Origin: Desulfobacterales bacterium
GTDB taxonomy: Bacteria; Desulfobacterota; Desulfobacteria; Desulfobacterales; JAHEIW01
Direction: 5' to 3'
Assembly: GCA_050122795.1 (NCBI GenBank)
Contig: JASFIG010000003.1
Coordinates: forward strand, 1-40,096
Length of the DNA: 40,096 nt
Shown here: one piece after another, positions 25,787 through 35,195 of the stretch
Layout of the letters: every line of letters begins with the position of its first letter
Numbering within the stretch: position 1 is the first letter of the stretch
Notes under the pieces: generated by a model
Database searches by the model: none
What the model was told of the DNA's origin: nothing
What the model saw: only the letters and a program-made list of their open reading frames with translations
Translations under genes and position numbers: made by a program

Positions 25787-27088
25787 TTACCAGCGCCGCT
25801 CATAACGCTTTCTTAAGATAACTGCAGCTGCATTCATCGCGATCAAAAATGCCAGCAGGACAATAATCGCAGCCGACGTTCGCTCAACAAAGGCCCGCTC
25901 AGGGCTGTCGGCCCAGAGATAAATTTGAACCGGTAGTGCGGTTGAGGGGTCTGTGAAGCCACCTGGTATATCGACAATAAAGGCCACCATTCCGATCATC
26001 AGCAACGGGGCGGTTTCACCCAGCGCCCGCGCCATTCCGATAATGGTTCCGGTCAGCATACCGGGCAGTGCCAGCGGCAGCACGTGATGGGCAACCATCT
26101 GCATTTTGGAAGCCCCCACGCCCAGGGCTGCTTCCCGAATCGACGGCGGCACCGCTGTCAGGGCCGAACGGCTGGCGATGATAATGACCGGCAATGTCAT
26201 TAACGTCAGCACCAGGCCGCCGACAACCGGGGCCGATCGCGGTAGACCGAAAAAGTTTAAAAACACCGCCAGTCCCAGCAACCCGAAGACAATCGATGGA
26301 ACCGCCGCCAGATTGTTGATGTTGACCTCGATCAGATCGGTCCAGCGATTTTTCGGGGCAAATTCCTCAAGGTATACTGCCGCGGCCACGCCGATCGGAA
26401 ATGAAAGCAGCAGGGTTATGATCAGCGTAAAAAAGGATCCGGCTGCCGCTCCCAAGATCCCGGCCAATTCCGGTTCGCGCGAATCCCCGGCGGTAAACAA
26501 AGTGGTGTTAAATCTCTTTTCAATTTTACCGTCAGCAACCAGTTGATCGATCCAGGCCAGTTGCTTGTCTTTTAAGCGGCGTTCGCCTTCGCCGGCTTCG
26601 CGGTCAAAATGACCTTTCATCAGCATATCGACGTCATCATCGGCGGGCACCCAGACGGGTAACGTTTGACCGATAATATCCGGGTTGGTTAACACCATGT
26701 CTCTGAGTTGGAAAGACGCGCCTGAACTGACAATGCTGTAGAGCATCCGTTTGTCGCGTCTGCCGCTGACATCCGGGAACATGTTCCGCAACGATTGTTT
26801 GACCAGGCCCTGGTAATCGGCTGTTGCCAGAGACTGCTTGTCCAGAACTTCAGGATCAAAGGAAACGTCCAGCTCAAAAAAGGTCTGTTGAAAAGCCGTA
26901 TAGCCATTACCGACAATACTGATAAATAAAAGCGATAAAAAGACCATGCTGGCGATAATGGCCGACAATCCGTAAAAGCGGAATCGGCGCTCGGCGCGGT
27001 AGCGTTTACTCAGGCCCCGGTTGACAATGTCCAGGGTCCGTTCTTTTTTTGCCGCGCGGTCGGGTATATTTTGGGGTATGTTATTCAT
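25787..27088 (-). CDS. pstA: Phosphate ABC permease PstA
   Basis: AAVYLEEF, NLAAVPSIVFG, REAALGVGA, RALGETAPL. Confidence 0.95.
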   Translation of the reverse strand: MNNIPQNIPDRAAKKERTLDIVNRGLSKRYRAERRFRFYGLSAIIASMVFLSLLFISIVGNGYTAFQQTFFELDVSFDPEVLDKQSLATADYQGLVKQSLRNMFPDVSGRRDKRMLYSIVSSGASFQLRDMVLTNPDIIGQTLPVWVPADDDVDMLMKGHFDREAGEGERRLKDKQLAWIDQLVADGKIEKRFNTTLFTAGDSREPELAGILGAAAGSFFTLIITLLLSFPIGVAAAVYLEEFAPKNRWTDLIEVNINNLAAVPSIVFGLLGLAVFLNFFGLPRSAPVVGGLVLTLMTLPVIIIASRSALTAVPPSIREAALGVGASKMQMVAHHVLPLALPGMLTGTIIGMARALGETAPLLMIGMVAFIVDIPGGFTDPSTALPVQIYLWADSPERAFVERTSAAIIVLLAFLIAMNAAAVILRKRYERRW

Positions 27089-28469
27089 ATTGTTCTCGAT
27101 ATTTGCGAACCACGTGTAATGCGATGACGTTTAATAACAGCGTGACCACAAACAACAGCAACCCTAAAGCAAATGCCGCCAGGGTTTTGGGGCTGTCAAA
27201 TTCCTGGTCGCCAACCAACAAGGTGACGATCTGAACGGTAACCGTTGTGACCGTCTTTAAAGGGTTAAAGGTCAAATTGGCAGCCAACCCTGCCGCCATG
27301 ACAACGATCATGGTTTCACCGATGGCCCTGGAGACCGCCAGAAGAACACCGCCGACAATCCCCGGCAGCGCCGCCGGCAGGATCACCTGCTTGATGGTTT
27401 CGGACTGGGTGGCGCCCAGACTGTAGGCTCCGTCCCGCAGCGCCTGAGGTACGGCATTGATAAAATCATCGGACAAAGAAGAAACAAAAGGAATAATCAT
27501 GATTCCCATAACCAGGCCCGCAGCCAGAGCGCTTTCCGAGGACACTCCCAACCCAAGCATGCTGCCGGTATTGCGAATAAAGGGGGCAACCGTCAAAGCG
27601 GCAAAAAACCCGTAAACAACTGTGGGAATACCGGCCAGAATTTCGATCAGGGGTTTCGCCACAGCACGAAATTTCTTGTTGGCATATTCAGACAGGTAAA
27701 TGGCCGACATCAGCCCGATGGGAACTGCCACAAACATCGCGATGGCGGAAATCAACAAGGTGCCCACAAATACCGGAACGGCCCCGAATGCGCCGGACGA
27801 GCCCACCTGATCGCTGCGGATGGCCATCTGCGGGCTCCATTCCAGGCCAAAAAGAAACTCGGTGATCGGCACTGCCTGGAAGAAGCGGATGGATTCATAA
27901 AGCACGGAAAGGACGATGCCGATGGTGGTAAAAATGGCAATCGTCGAGCAAATAATGAGAATGTACTTTATGGCCTGCTCAACTACATTGCGCGCCCGTA
28001 AGGTCGGCGTTATTTTGGCCCGCACAATGACAAGCCCGACGATCGCCATGGAAATGGCAATGACTGCCAGAGCCGCTTTGCTGGTGACCTGCAGGCTACG
28101 GTAATGATCGGCTGCTGCCTGCATAACTGGATCGACGCTGCCGGAAACGATATTGCCGCTGACCAAATTTCGAATGTTGTTAACCATCAAGTTCAGATCA
28201 GCGGCCGGCAGGTTTCGCATCGCTTCCGGTAAATCCGCCACGACCAGATGTGTAATAATCGAGGACTCAAAAGCCAGCCAGAAACCGAATAATATTAATG
28301 TTGGAATGCCGCACCAAAGGGCTGTCAGCATTCCGTAATAGGTCGGGCGAGAGTGCAGGTTTCTGACGCCGGCTGAATTACCGGCAACAGCAAAGGCTTT
28401 TCTGCGGCCAATGTAATAGCCGAAAATAGAAAGTGCTAACAGTACAAAAAGTATCGTTGTGGGTGACAT
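27081..28469 (-). CDS. pstC: Phosphate ABC permease PstC
   Basis: AIYLSEY, LAGIPTVVYG, SRAIGETMIV. Confidence 0.95.
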   Translation of the reverse strand: MSPTTILFVLLALSIFGYYIGRRKAFAVAGNSAGVRNLHSRPTYYGMLTALWCGIPTLILFGFWLAFESSIITHLVVADLPEAMRNLPAADLNLMVNNIRNLVSGNIVSGSVDPVMQAAADHYRSLQVTSKAALAVIAISMAIVGLVIVRAKITPTLRARNVVEQAIKYILIICSTIAIFTTIGIVLSVLYESIRFFQAVPITEFLFGLEWSPQMAIRSDQVGSSGAFGAVPVFVGTLLISAIAMFVAVPIGLMSAIYLSEYANKKFRAVAKPLIEILAGIPTVVYGFFAALTVAPFIRNTGSMLGLGVSSESALAAGLVMGIMIIPFVSSLSDDFINAVPQALRDGAYSLGATQSETIKQVILPAALPGIVGGVLLAVSRAIGETMIVVMAAGLAANLTFNPLKTVTTVTVQIVTLLVGDQEFDSPKTLAAFALGLLLFVVTLLLNVIALHVVRKYREQYE

Positions 28470-28549
28470 CTTATTTTTTTTGTTAGATCCTTCCGCGACA
28501 ATTTTGGATTAGTGGTTAACCCTTTAAGCAGGTGAGTCTAGAAATGATA

Positions 28550-28588
28550 TGTTAGATATAAATGATGATTGTGTTAGGTTTTTGTTAA
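28550..28588 (-). promoter_or_regulatory. Putative Pho box array upstream of pstC
   Basis: Minus strand TTAACA (28588), CTAACA (28577), one degenerate unit, CTAACA (28555), all in 11-bp register. Confidence 0.65.
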
Positions 28589-28735
28589 TTTTCTAACAAT
28601 CGGATCATCGCTATTTCCGAAAAAAAAGCGCTTTGCATTCTTACCTATTCAAATCATTCAAATATCGTGAAGTTTGACCAAATCCGACAATTCTCACGAA
28701 ATTGTCTAAGCCCTTGCCGGCAGCACAAGGGAGCA

Positions 28736-28951
28736 TTAAAATCGCTTTGAGACGGCACCGAATATTTGCGCTCTGTTTGAATACGTCGGAAGTCGCGGTT
28801 TAACCGGTTTTGTTTCGGCATTCGTCATCGCAAAATTCAACTCTCTTTCAAGATGGCTCACATATTCCAGGCGCTGAATACAATGCGTGCACATTTTATT
28901 GTTTTTATCCTGGTCTTTAAATTGACAGCGCAGGCAGGGATTCGATTTCAT
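28736..28951 (-). CDS. Small protein with CxxC-x11-CxxC, function unknown
   Basis: AGGAG RBS; CLRC...CTHC; own TTAA-like array upstream. Confidence 0.65.
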   Translation of the reverse strand: MKSNPCLRCQFKDQDKNNKMCTHCIQRLEYVSHLERELNFAMTNAETKPVKPRLPTYSNRAQIFGAVSKRF

Positions 28952-29018
28952 TCTGTAGTCTCCTTTTGGTCAAAATACACGACAGGTTAGTCTGAATGAA
29001 AGCTGATTAAGGGATGGG

Positions 29019-29046
29019 TATTAGCGCCGAATTAGCAGATGATTAA
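29019..29046 (-). promoter_or_regulatory. Putative Pho box array for the small Cys protein
   Basis: Minus strand TTAATC, CTAATT, CTAATA at an 11-bp period. Confidence 0.45.
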
Positions 29047-29155
29047 AATTCAGTGAAACCTCGAGTGCCCATCTTGAATATGAAAGAATCGTTAATTTCC
29101 TTTTTTTCCCATACCAGCGGTAATAGGACGATGGCTGTGATCCGAGTAATCGTTT

Positions 29156-29194
29156 TTAACATAGACTTAATACGATCTTTACGATGTCCTAATA
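29156..29194 (+). promoter_or_regulatory. Putative Pho box array upstream of the dikinase-like gene
   Basis: TTAACA 29156, TTAATA 29167, TTTACG 29178, CTAATA 29189. Confidence 0.65.
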
Positions 29195-29266
29195 AAATGA
29201 GCATAAACTAATGGGTTTAAGGCAAATATCATTGGCCTTTTTGAATCCGAAGCGATAGGAACGCAC

Positions 29267-31708
29267 GTGAAGTATCTGGTGGGTTTCGAAAATGATCGGG
29301 CATTAGACCCAAAAGTAGTGGGGCAAAAATTTCTTAATCTTGCAAGGGCAGCGCGTGCCGGATTCGCGGTGCCACAGGCTGTTGCCATTAGCACCCATGC
29401 GCATCAATACTTTATCAATCACGGCGCTTGGCCCGATGGCCTTTTGGATGAAGTTTCCAGGGCAGCCCGTCAATTAGATTTGGAAAGGGGGCTTTCCATT
29501 CGTTCATCGGCAACGCTCGAAGATCTGGAAAAGCAGAGCTTTGCCGGGCAGTACCGCACTTTTTTGCAGGTGATCGATGAGGATGAACTCAAAAATAAAA
29601 TCGAAGAATGCTGGCAGGGTGCCCGCTCGCCCGCAGTCCTGAGCTATTTAAAGTCAAACCACGTTAGCGGGGTTGCCGGGCAAATACCACTGATGGGGGT
29701 TATTATCCAAAAAATGGTCAATGCAGTTGCCGCCGGCATCGCCTTTGGTCGCAATCCCATGAATCCGGCCCGCGATGAAATTGTCATCGAAGCGGTCAAA
29801 GGTCTGGCAGAAAAACTTGTCAGTGGAAACTTAACTCCCTACCGCGCAATCATTGATGGACAAGACAAGCTCCAGGTGACCCCCCCCTCACGTGATCTTT
29901 CCCGACTGACCGTCGGCGAAGAGACGCTGATGACCCTCTTGCCATGGCTTGATATCGCCGATCTGGTGCGTGCGCTGCAGTCAAATGGTAATGGTGTTCC
30001 CCTGGATATCGAGTGGGCTATCGATGAAAGCAAAAAAATCTGGCTGCTGCAATCACGGGCCATCACCACACTGGATCAACAAAAATGGCAGATCCCTGCG
30101 GGCGTCTGGACGCGTAAAATCGCCAATGACCTCTGGGCTGACCGCCTCACCCCATTTCTGGCAAATGAAATGGAGCAAAACGCGCCGCAGTTTGATCTCT
30201 CGCGCATTTTAAAAATTCTGGGCATTGAGGTTACCCGGCCGACGCTGACCGTCATCAATGGCTACCTGTATGTCAACTGTCGCTCTATCGCAGACGTGCT
30301 GGCCTATATACCGCCCAACCTTCAGCTGCCGGATTTGCAGTCTCTTTTTCCATCCGATTTTGCCTCGGACGCCAAATCACCACCTACTATTTTAAAGCAA
30401 ATTACAGTGGCCATTCGCAGCCTGGGCCTCATATTTCTGGAACCCGGGATTTTGCCTTTCTTTTGCTTTGCGATCAGCCGGCGTAAGCAAAACAAAATCA
30501 ACAAGCAACTCGATCACATACAGCAGCAGGGCGTTGGTTCGGCCAAAAAGGCATTTCAAGCGCTGCAGCTATCATTGTCAGCTTTGCGCCAGGTGCAAAT
30601 CAGCAATCAGTGGCCGTATTTTTTTGCAAATTATCTGATTTGGTTGCTGCGCTGGACGATGGTGGATGTCTTTGGATATTCGCATGCACATTTTCTCGAT
30701 GTTCTGAGCCAAAACGGTCAGAACACCACTATCGAAATTGAAAAACAGTTTCAACTGCTGGCCGATCAAATTATCGCCGACGAAGATATGTATGCTTATT
30801 TCTTAGCGCAATCCGCGCCAAAATTGTGGCCCGGATTATCAAAACAATTTCGTAACGACCTCCACACATTTTTAACCCGGTACGGCTGCCGATCCCGCCA
30901 TCGAACGCTATATGTCAAGCGCTGGGCAGAGGCGCCTGAAGAAGTTCTGGGGATTCTTCAAGCGCTGGTTCGTCGAAAAAACGTTCCCACAAAAGCCACA
31001 GAGCATCAGGCAACTCAAAAGCGAAACACAAAATTGCGACTTGCAGCCGATCAACACCTACAGCTGAACCACGGGCATTCATTTTTGCTGAGATGGCTGA
31101 TCAAAATGTCCCGCAAATTTTTAGACCTGCGCGAGGAACAGCGCTTTTTACTGGATAAAGTTCTGTTTCAGATCAGATTGTCTTTGCTGGCGCTGGGCCG
31201 TCATTGCGGGCTGAATGAAAAAATCCTTTTTTTAAAAAAATCTGAAATTCAACAGATTGCAGAGGCCACCCTGACCCCAAACGATATTAAAAAAGTGGCG
31301 GCTGAGCGGCATCACCGGTTTCTGGAACCTTTTGATGTCAGCACATTCTATGTCGATGGTCGGCCGCTAAATGAATTTCAAATGCAGGGGAAGGTCTTGC
31401 GGGGTATCGGCACCAGTCCGGGCGCTGCTTTCGGGCGCGCCCGGATTGTACAGGACCCCACCCGGGTCCACCTGAATTCGGACGAAATCCTGATTGCTGA
31501 AAATACAGATCCGGGGTGGACGCCCATCTTAAGCATGGTAAACGGAATGGTCATCGAGGAAGGCGGATTACTCAACCACTGCTCTATTGTAGCCCGCGAA
31601 CTGGGTATTCCGGCGGTTGTGGGTGTGCGCCAGGCAACTCAGATTATACCCGATGGGGCTAAGATATCCATCGATGGCGGGATGGGGTTGGTGCGCATTG
31701 AAGAGTAG
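29267..31708 (+). CDS. PEP-synthase-type ATP-grasp + central domain + C-terminal phospho-His swivel enzyme (small-molecule dikinase architecture), substrate unknown
   Basis: IRSSATLED..SFAGQY, IQKMV, DIEWA, LLQSRAIT; TDPGWTP and GGLLNHCSIVARELGIPAVVG. Confidence 0.85.
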   Translation: MKYLVGFENDRALDPKVVGQKFLNLARAARAGFAVPQAVAISTHAHQYFINHGAWPDGLLDEVSRAARQLDLERGLSIRSSATLEDLEKQSFAGQYRTFLQVIDEDELKNKIEECWQGARSPAVLSYLKSNHVSGVAGQIPLMGVIIQKMVNAVAAGIAFGRNPMNPARDEIVIEAVKGLAEKLVSGNLTPYRAIIDGQDKLQVTPPSRDLSRLTVGEETLMTLLPWLDIADLVRALQSNGNGVPLDIEWAIDESKKIWLLQSRAITTLDQQKWQIPAGVWTRKIANDLWADRLTPFLANEMEQNAPQFDLSRILKILGIEVTRPTLTVINGYLYVNCRSIADVLAYIPPNLQLPDLQSLFPSDFASDAKSPPTILKQITVAIRSLGLIFLEPGILPFFCFAISRRKQNKINKQLDHIQQQGVGSAKKAFQALQLSLSALRQVQISNQWPYFFANYLIWLLRWTMVDVFGYSHAHFLDVLSQNGQNTTIEIEKQFQLLADQIIADEDMYAYFLAQSAPKLWPGLSKQFRNDLHTFLTRYGCRSRHRTLYVKRWAEAPEEVLGILQALVRRKNVPTKATEHQATQKRNTKLRLAADQHLQLNHGHSFLLRWLIKMSRKFLDLREEQRFLLDKVLFQIRLSLLALGRHCGLNEKILFLKKSEIQQIAEATLTPNDIKKVAAERHHRFLEPFDVSTFYVDGRPLNEFQMQGKVLRGIGTSPGAAFGRARIVQDPTRVHLNSDEILIAENTDPGWTPILSMVNGMVIEEGGLLNHCSIVARELGIPAVVGVRQATQIIPDGAKISIDGGMGLVRIEE

Positions 31709-31855
31709 TAGAAGTGGCTTCAAAACGCCATCTAATGTCCTATAGCTGCGTTGTCCCGCGAATTAAAATACTCACGTACTTACATGTACGCTCCGTTTTC
31801 AATCCACGTGACGCCTTGCTCTCAAACATGATCTGCCGCTTTGAAGCCACTTCTA
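31709..31855. mobile_element. MITE-like element, 147 bp
   Basis: Perfect 16-bp terminal inverted repeats TAGAAGTGGCTTCAAA / TTTGAAGCCACTTCTA (TA at both ends); no transposase. Confidence 0.75.
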
Positions 31856-31941
31856 GTTATTGGTTATTTGTTATTCGTAAAAAGAAGAAGCAGGAATCAT
31901 ATCGTCTTTGACCAATAACCAATAACAATTAACAAATAACG
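31856..31941. repeat. Inverted arrays of 7-bp tandem units
   Basis: GTTATTG GTTATTT GTTATTC at 31856-31876 and ACCAATA ACCAATA ACAATTA ACAAATA at 31911-31938. Confidence 0.65.
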
Positions 31942-31953
31942 ATCTAAAATTTT

Positions 31954-32985
31954 TTACGAAAATTTTAGATTTGCCCACGCGGTGCGGGCGAGCCCTTCAA
32001 CATCTTCCCAATTGCCGCTTTCGATCCACTCGGCAACCATACGGGCCACATCGGGATAGCGTATCGATGTGACAGACGGTTTCTCCAAGAATTGTTCAAC
32101 CGCATTCTGATCCAATTTTTTCATCACCGTGCCCAGATTCAATTCTGAAATCACATGCGCGTTGGAAGCCTGCTCCATTTGTCCGCGTAATGGCTTAATC
32201 AGAATCTTTTTTCCCAGGAACAACGCCTCGCTGAGCAGCTCGAATCCTGCGTTGCTGATCACACCGTTGCAACTTCTCAAATCATCTAAAAAACCGTTGC
32301 GCGAAAATGGTCGCAAGTGCAGATTGTCGTCATCTTTTGCCGAAGACACGTTGCAGTAGACAACAAACCGGTAGGCTGCAATCGGTTTGAGCAAAGATTC
32401 GATATCCGAGAGGGTTTCAAAGGGCAGATAAACCAGTATCTTGTCCGGCTGTATTTGTGAATCGTTTTGCAGGTGCGCCGGAATGATCGGGGGCAGTATG
32501 GGCTTATTGAAATGATGCCAGTGCAGGCCGATTGCATAATCAGTGGGCGCAAAGTTTCTAACCACCCACATTGAAAATGGATCTGCCTTTTTGACCGGCA
32601 CACGATGCAGAAAGGCATACTGGTGACCGACACCGATGGAAGGAAGCTTGTTACGACTGGCAATCCGAGCAGCAACCGGTTCAAAATCGGTCACCACCAG
32701 ATCAAACCCTGAAGCATTGTAGCTATGAATATCGCGATAAAACTGAATTAAATTTAACTGCAGCGCTGTGCCGACGATCCGGACTTTTCCGCGCCGGCTG
32801 ATAAATGTGAGCCCCCGAAAGGTATCATAGGGCTCAAATGTCTGCATATCCCAAAGATGGAACGGATCGCGTCCGGTCAAAATGACCCGGACCTCATGAC
32901 CCAAGTCCTTGAGATGGTGAATGACTTCCCTGGAGCGACTGATGTGGCCGTTGCCCGTGGCCTGTACGCCGTATAAAATTTTCAT
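31954..32985 (-). CDS. MJ1255/VC2487-family glycosyltransferase
   Basis: MKILYGVQATGNGHISR, TDFEP, GHQY, LVYLPFE, NAGFEL.SEAL, GQMEQ.SNA. Confidence 0.88.
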   Translation of the reverse strand: MKILYGVQATGNGHISRSREVIHHLKDLGHEVRVILTGRDPFHLWDMQTFEPYDTFRGLTFISRRGKVRIVGTALQLNLIQFYRDIHSYNASGFDLVVTDFEPVAARIASRNKLPSIGVGHQYAFLHRVPVKKADPFSMWVVRNFAPTDYAIGLHWHHFNKPILPPIIPAHLQNDSQIQPDKILVYLPFETLSDIESLLKPIAAYRFVVYCNVSSAKDDDNLHLRPFSRNGFLDDLRSCNGVISNAGFELLSEALFLGKKILIKPLRGQMEQASNAHVISELNLGTVMKKLDQNAVEQFLEKPSVTSIRYPDVARMVAEWIESGNWEDVEGLARTAWANLKFS

Positions 32986-33006
32986 TGAATCGATCCTTCC
33001 AGGTAT

Positions 33007-33534
33007 TCAGCCCAAAATCATAATCCCTGCAAATGCGCACAAAATTCCGATCACCAGACCAGCTATAATATCGGTTGGATAGTGAACGCCAAGATAGATT
33101 CGAGAGACACCGACAAGCATCGCCCAGATGGATACCGGTACCGTTAAGATCGGAAAAAAGTGCGCGATTAAGGTGGCAATGACAAAGGCAGCGGCGGTAT
33201 GACCGGAAGGAAAACTGAACCGATCACTGGGGGATATCCGCTGATGCACGCCGGATAACACCTCACAGGGACGATGCCGTTTGATTTTTTGCTTTAAAAT
33301 TTTATACAGCGGAAGCTCAAGAGCAAAGGCCAGCAAGGCGCACAGAAAAAAAGCCCCGGCAATCCGAGGCTCGATAAAATAGAAGATCAGCGGTATGGCC
33401 GGGTAGTAATAGCCATTACCGCTATGGGAAATCCAGGGCATGACAGCCGAGATCAGTCTTTTGCCGTTCAGGCTAAAGATGGTGTTTAAAAAAACCCGAT
33501 CCCAGTGTGTGACACTATCGACGAAGGTTCTCAT
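33007..33534 (-). CDS. PAP2-family membrane phosphatase
   Basis: K....RHRP, SFPSGH and SRIYLGVHYPTD motifs. Confidence 0.93.
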   Translation of the reverse strand: MRTFVDSVTHWDRVFLNTIFSLNGKRLISAVMPWISHSGNGYYYPAIPLIFYFIEPRIAGAFFLCALLAFALELPLYKILKQKIKRHRPCEVLSGVHQRISPSDRFSFPSGHTAAAFVIATLIAHFFPILTVPVSIWAMLVGVSRIYLGVHYPTDIIAGLVIGILCAFAGIMILG

Positions 33535-33567
33535 AGCCTAATATTGCTAAACATACTAACGATGGGG

Positions 33568-33606
33568 GGTTAGGCTAATATTAGGCTTTAGTTTGTTTTC
33601 TGCTAA
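33568..33606 (-). promoter_or_regulatory. Putative Pho box array upstream of the PAP2-GT pair
   Basis: Minus strand TTAGCA, CAAACT, CTAATA, CTAACC at an 11-bp period. Confidence 0.5.
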
Positions 33607-33609
33607 AAA

Positions 33610-34803
33610 TTACAAACCACTGTTGATCACCAGATCGGTTATCGGTCCGCGAGACTTCTCGCCCTTTAAAACCAGATGAGAATAAATTTTGCTGCCCTTG
33701 AATTTTTTAACGACCCAGTTGAGGCCGTTGTTCTCCTGATTTAAATACGGGTTGTCCACCTGATGAATATCGCCCAGACAGATGCATTTGACACCGTCAC
33801 TCATTCTGGACAGTAGCGCGCGGCATTCGAACCTGGACATATTTTGCATCTCGTCGATAATGACCACCGTATTTTCAATGTTCATGCCCCGAATAAAGGC
33901 CAGGGGCAGGATCTCAAAATGCTTGGGATTGAACCGGGGCGGATAGAAATCAACATCACTGAATATCTTGTTGGCCGGGCGCAAGTGGTGCAACTTGATC
34001 ATCAAATCTGAAATATAGCGTGTATAGGGTTCCATTTTTTCTTCGACTTTTCCCGGCAGGTACCCCAGTTTCTGGCCGATTTCAATCATGGGTTTGATGA
34101 CGAAAATTTTTTCAAAGCGCTTTTGTTGCAGCACCAGATAAAGTGCTGCCGCCAGCGCTAAAAAGCTTTTTCCATAGCCGGCGTCACTTTGGATGGAGAG
34201 AATGTGGATATCGTGATTAATCATTAAGTCCAGCGCCAGATTCTGAAAAACCGTGCGTGGTGTGACATTCCAGATTTTGTGCTGATAGTCGATCAGCTTT
34301 TCACCCCGGGCACCCATGAAAACCGGTTTTCCCTGCTCGTTCCACCTGAATGCATTGGGTACGAGCCCGTCTGCAGAAGTGACAAAACCGGTAAAGTATT
34401 CAGCTTCGGATTTAAACGGCACCGATTCTTTGTAGATCTCGCTTTTAACGCCCTGCAATCCGGCCTGCAGCTGAAAGATTTTGTCATTGGTCACCAGAAT
34501 GGGCTTTTTCAATCCGCTGTTCAAAATCTCTTTTAAAATGAAATTATCCACCAGGCCGGCGAAAGCACCGGCAACACCGCTGGCATTTAAGATTTTATAA
34601 TGGTCGGGGTGGTCATTTAGATACTTCACAACCCGGGCAACAATATGTCCCCGTTTAGAGCTTTTTTTAAATTTATTGAGTTCGAGTAAAACATGATAGG
34701 GAATGTAAATTTGGTTTTCATTGCCGTTGCGCAGCTTCGAGAGCGCATCCGGATCTTCAAGCAATACATTCGTATCAATCACATAATGCTTTTGAATGGC
34801 CAT
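33610..34803 (-). CDS. PIN-PhoH family protein
   Basis: YVIDTNVLL and LVTND (PIN); AGYGKS, LGYLPG, IRGMNI, IIDEMQN, GDIHQVD (PhoH). Confidence 0.92.
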   Translation of the reverse strand: MAIQKHYVIDTNVLLEDPDALSKLRNGNENQIYIPYHVLLELNKFKKSSKRGHIVARVVKYLNDHPDHYKILNASGVAGAFAGLVDNFILKEILNSGLKKPILVTNDKIFQLQAGLQGVKSEIYKESVPFKSEAEYFTGFVTSADGLVPNAFRWNEQGKPVFMGARGEKLIDYQHKIWNVTPRTVFQNLALDLMINHDIHILSIQSDAGYGKSFLALAAALYLVLQQKRFEKIFVIKPMIEIGQKLGYLPGKVEEKMEPYTRYISDLMIKLHHLRPANKIFSDVDFYPPRFNPKHFEILPLAFIRGMNIENTVVIIDEMQNMSRFECRALLSRMSDGVKCICLGDIHQVDNPYLNQENNGLNWVVKKFKGSKIYSHLVLKGEKSRGPITDLVINSGL

Positions 34804-35083
34804 TTTTAAGCCTTTCTATATTAGAATATTTGAAAATAAAGCGGGAGCTGAAGATGAATTTGGGGCGTCTACACAACAACTGCATAAAACTGTTGTCAGT
34901 AGAAGCAGGTGAAACAAAGATGGGGACCATACGGATTTGACTTATAATGTTCACTGACCTCGAGTGCAACACATCCATAGGGTTCGCGTTTACCAAAATG
35001 ACGTATACCGGCTTCCGGATTATCAAGAGGGACTAAAAGTTACACCGCAAATCTTAGGTCTTACGATTTAACTAACTTTGTGA

Positions 35084-35122
35084 TGTTAGAAGATCATGAA
35101 TCTGGCGTTAGAATTAAGTAAT
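35084..35122 (-). promoter_or_regulatory. Putative Pho box array upstream of PIN-PhoH
   Basis: Minus strand ATTACT, CTAACG, TTCATG, CTAACA at an 11-bp period. Confidence 0.4.
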
Positions 35123-35195
35123 GATTGAGACGGGTGCAAGCGCGAAGGTTTTAAAAGGCGGATTTGTCATTAAACCGGCTGATCATGTTGTAAAA

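Noticed and set aside
29267-31708. Calling this gene ppsA or rifampin resistance rph
   Set aside because: It lacks the C-terminal PEP/pyruvate-binding barrel of PpsA. It shares only the domain order with RPH, with no evidence for rifamycin specificity.
34775-35026. 83-aa minus-strand ORF upstream of PIN-PhoH
   Set aside because: TTG start, no motif, and it overlaps the phoH start; more likely a 5' leader.
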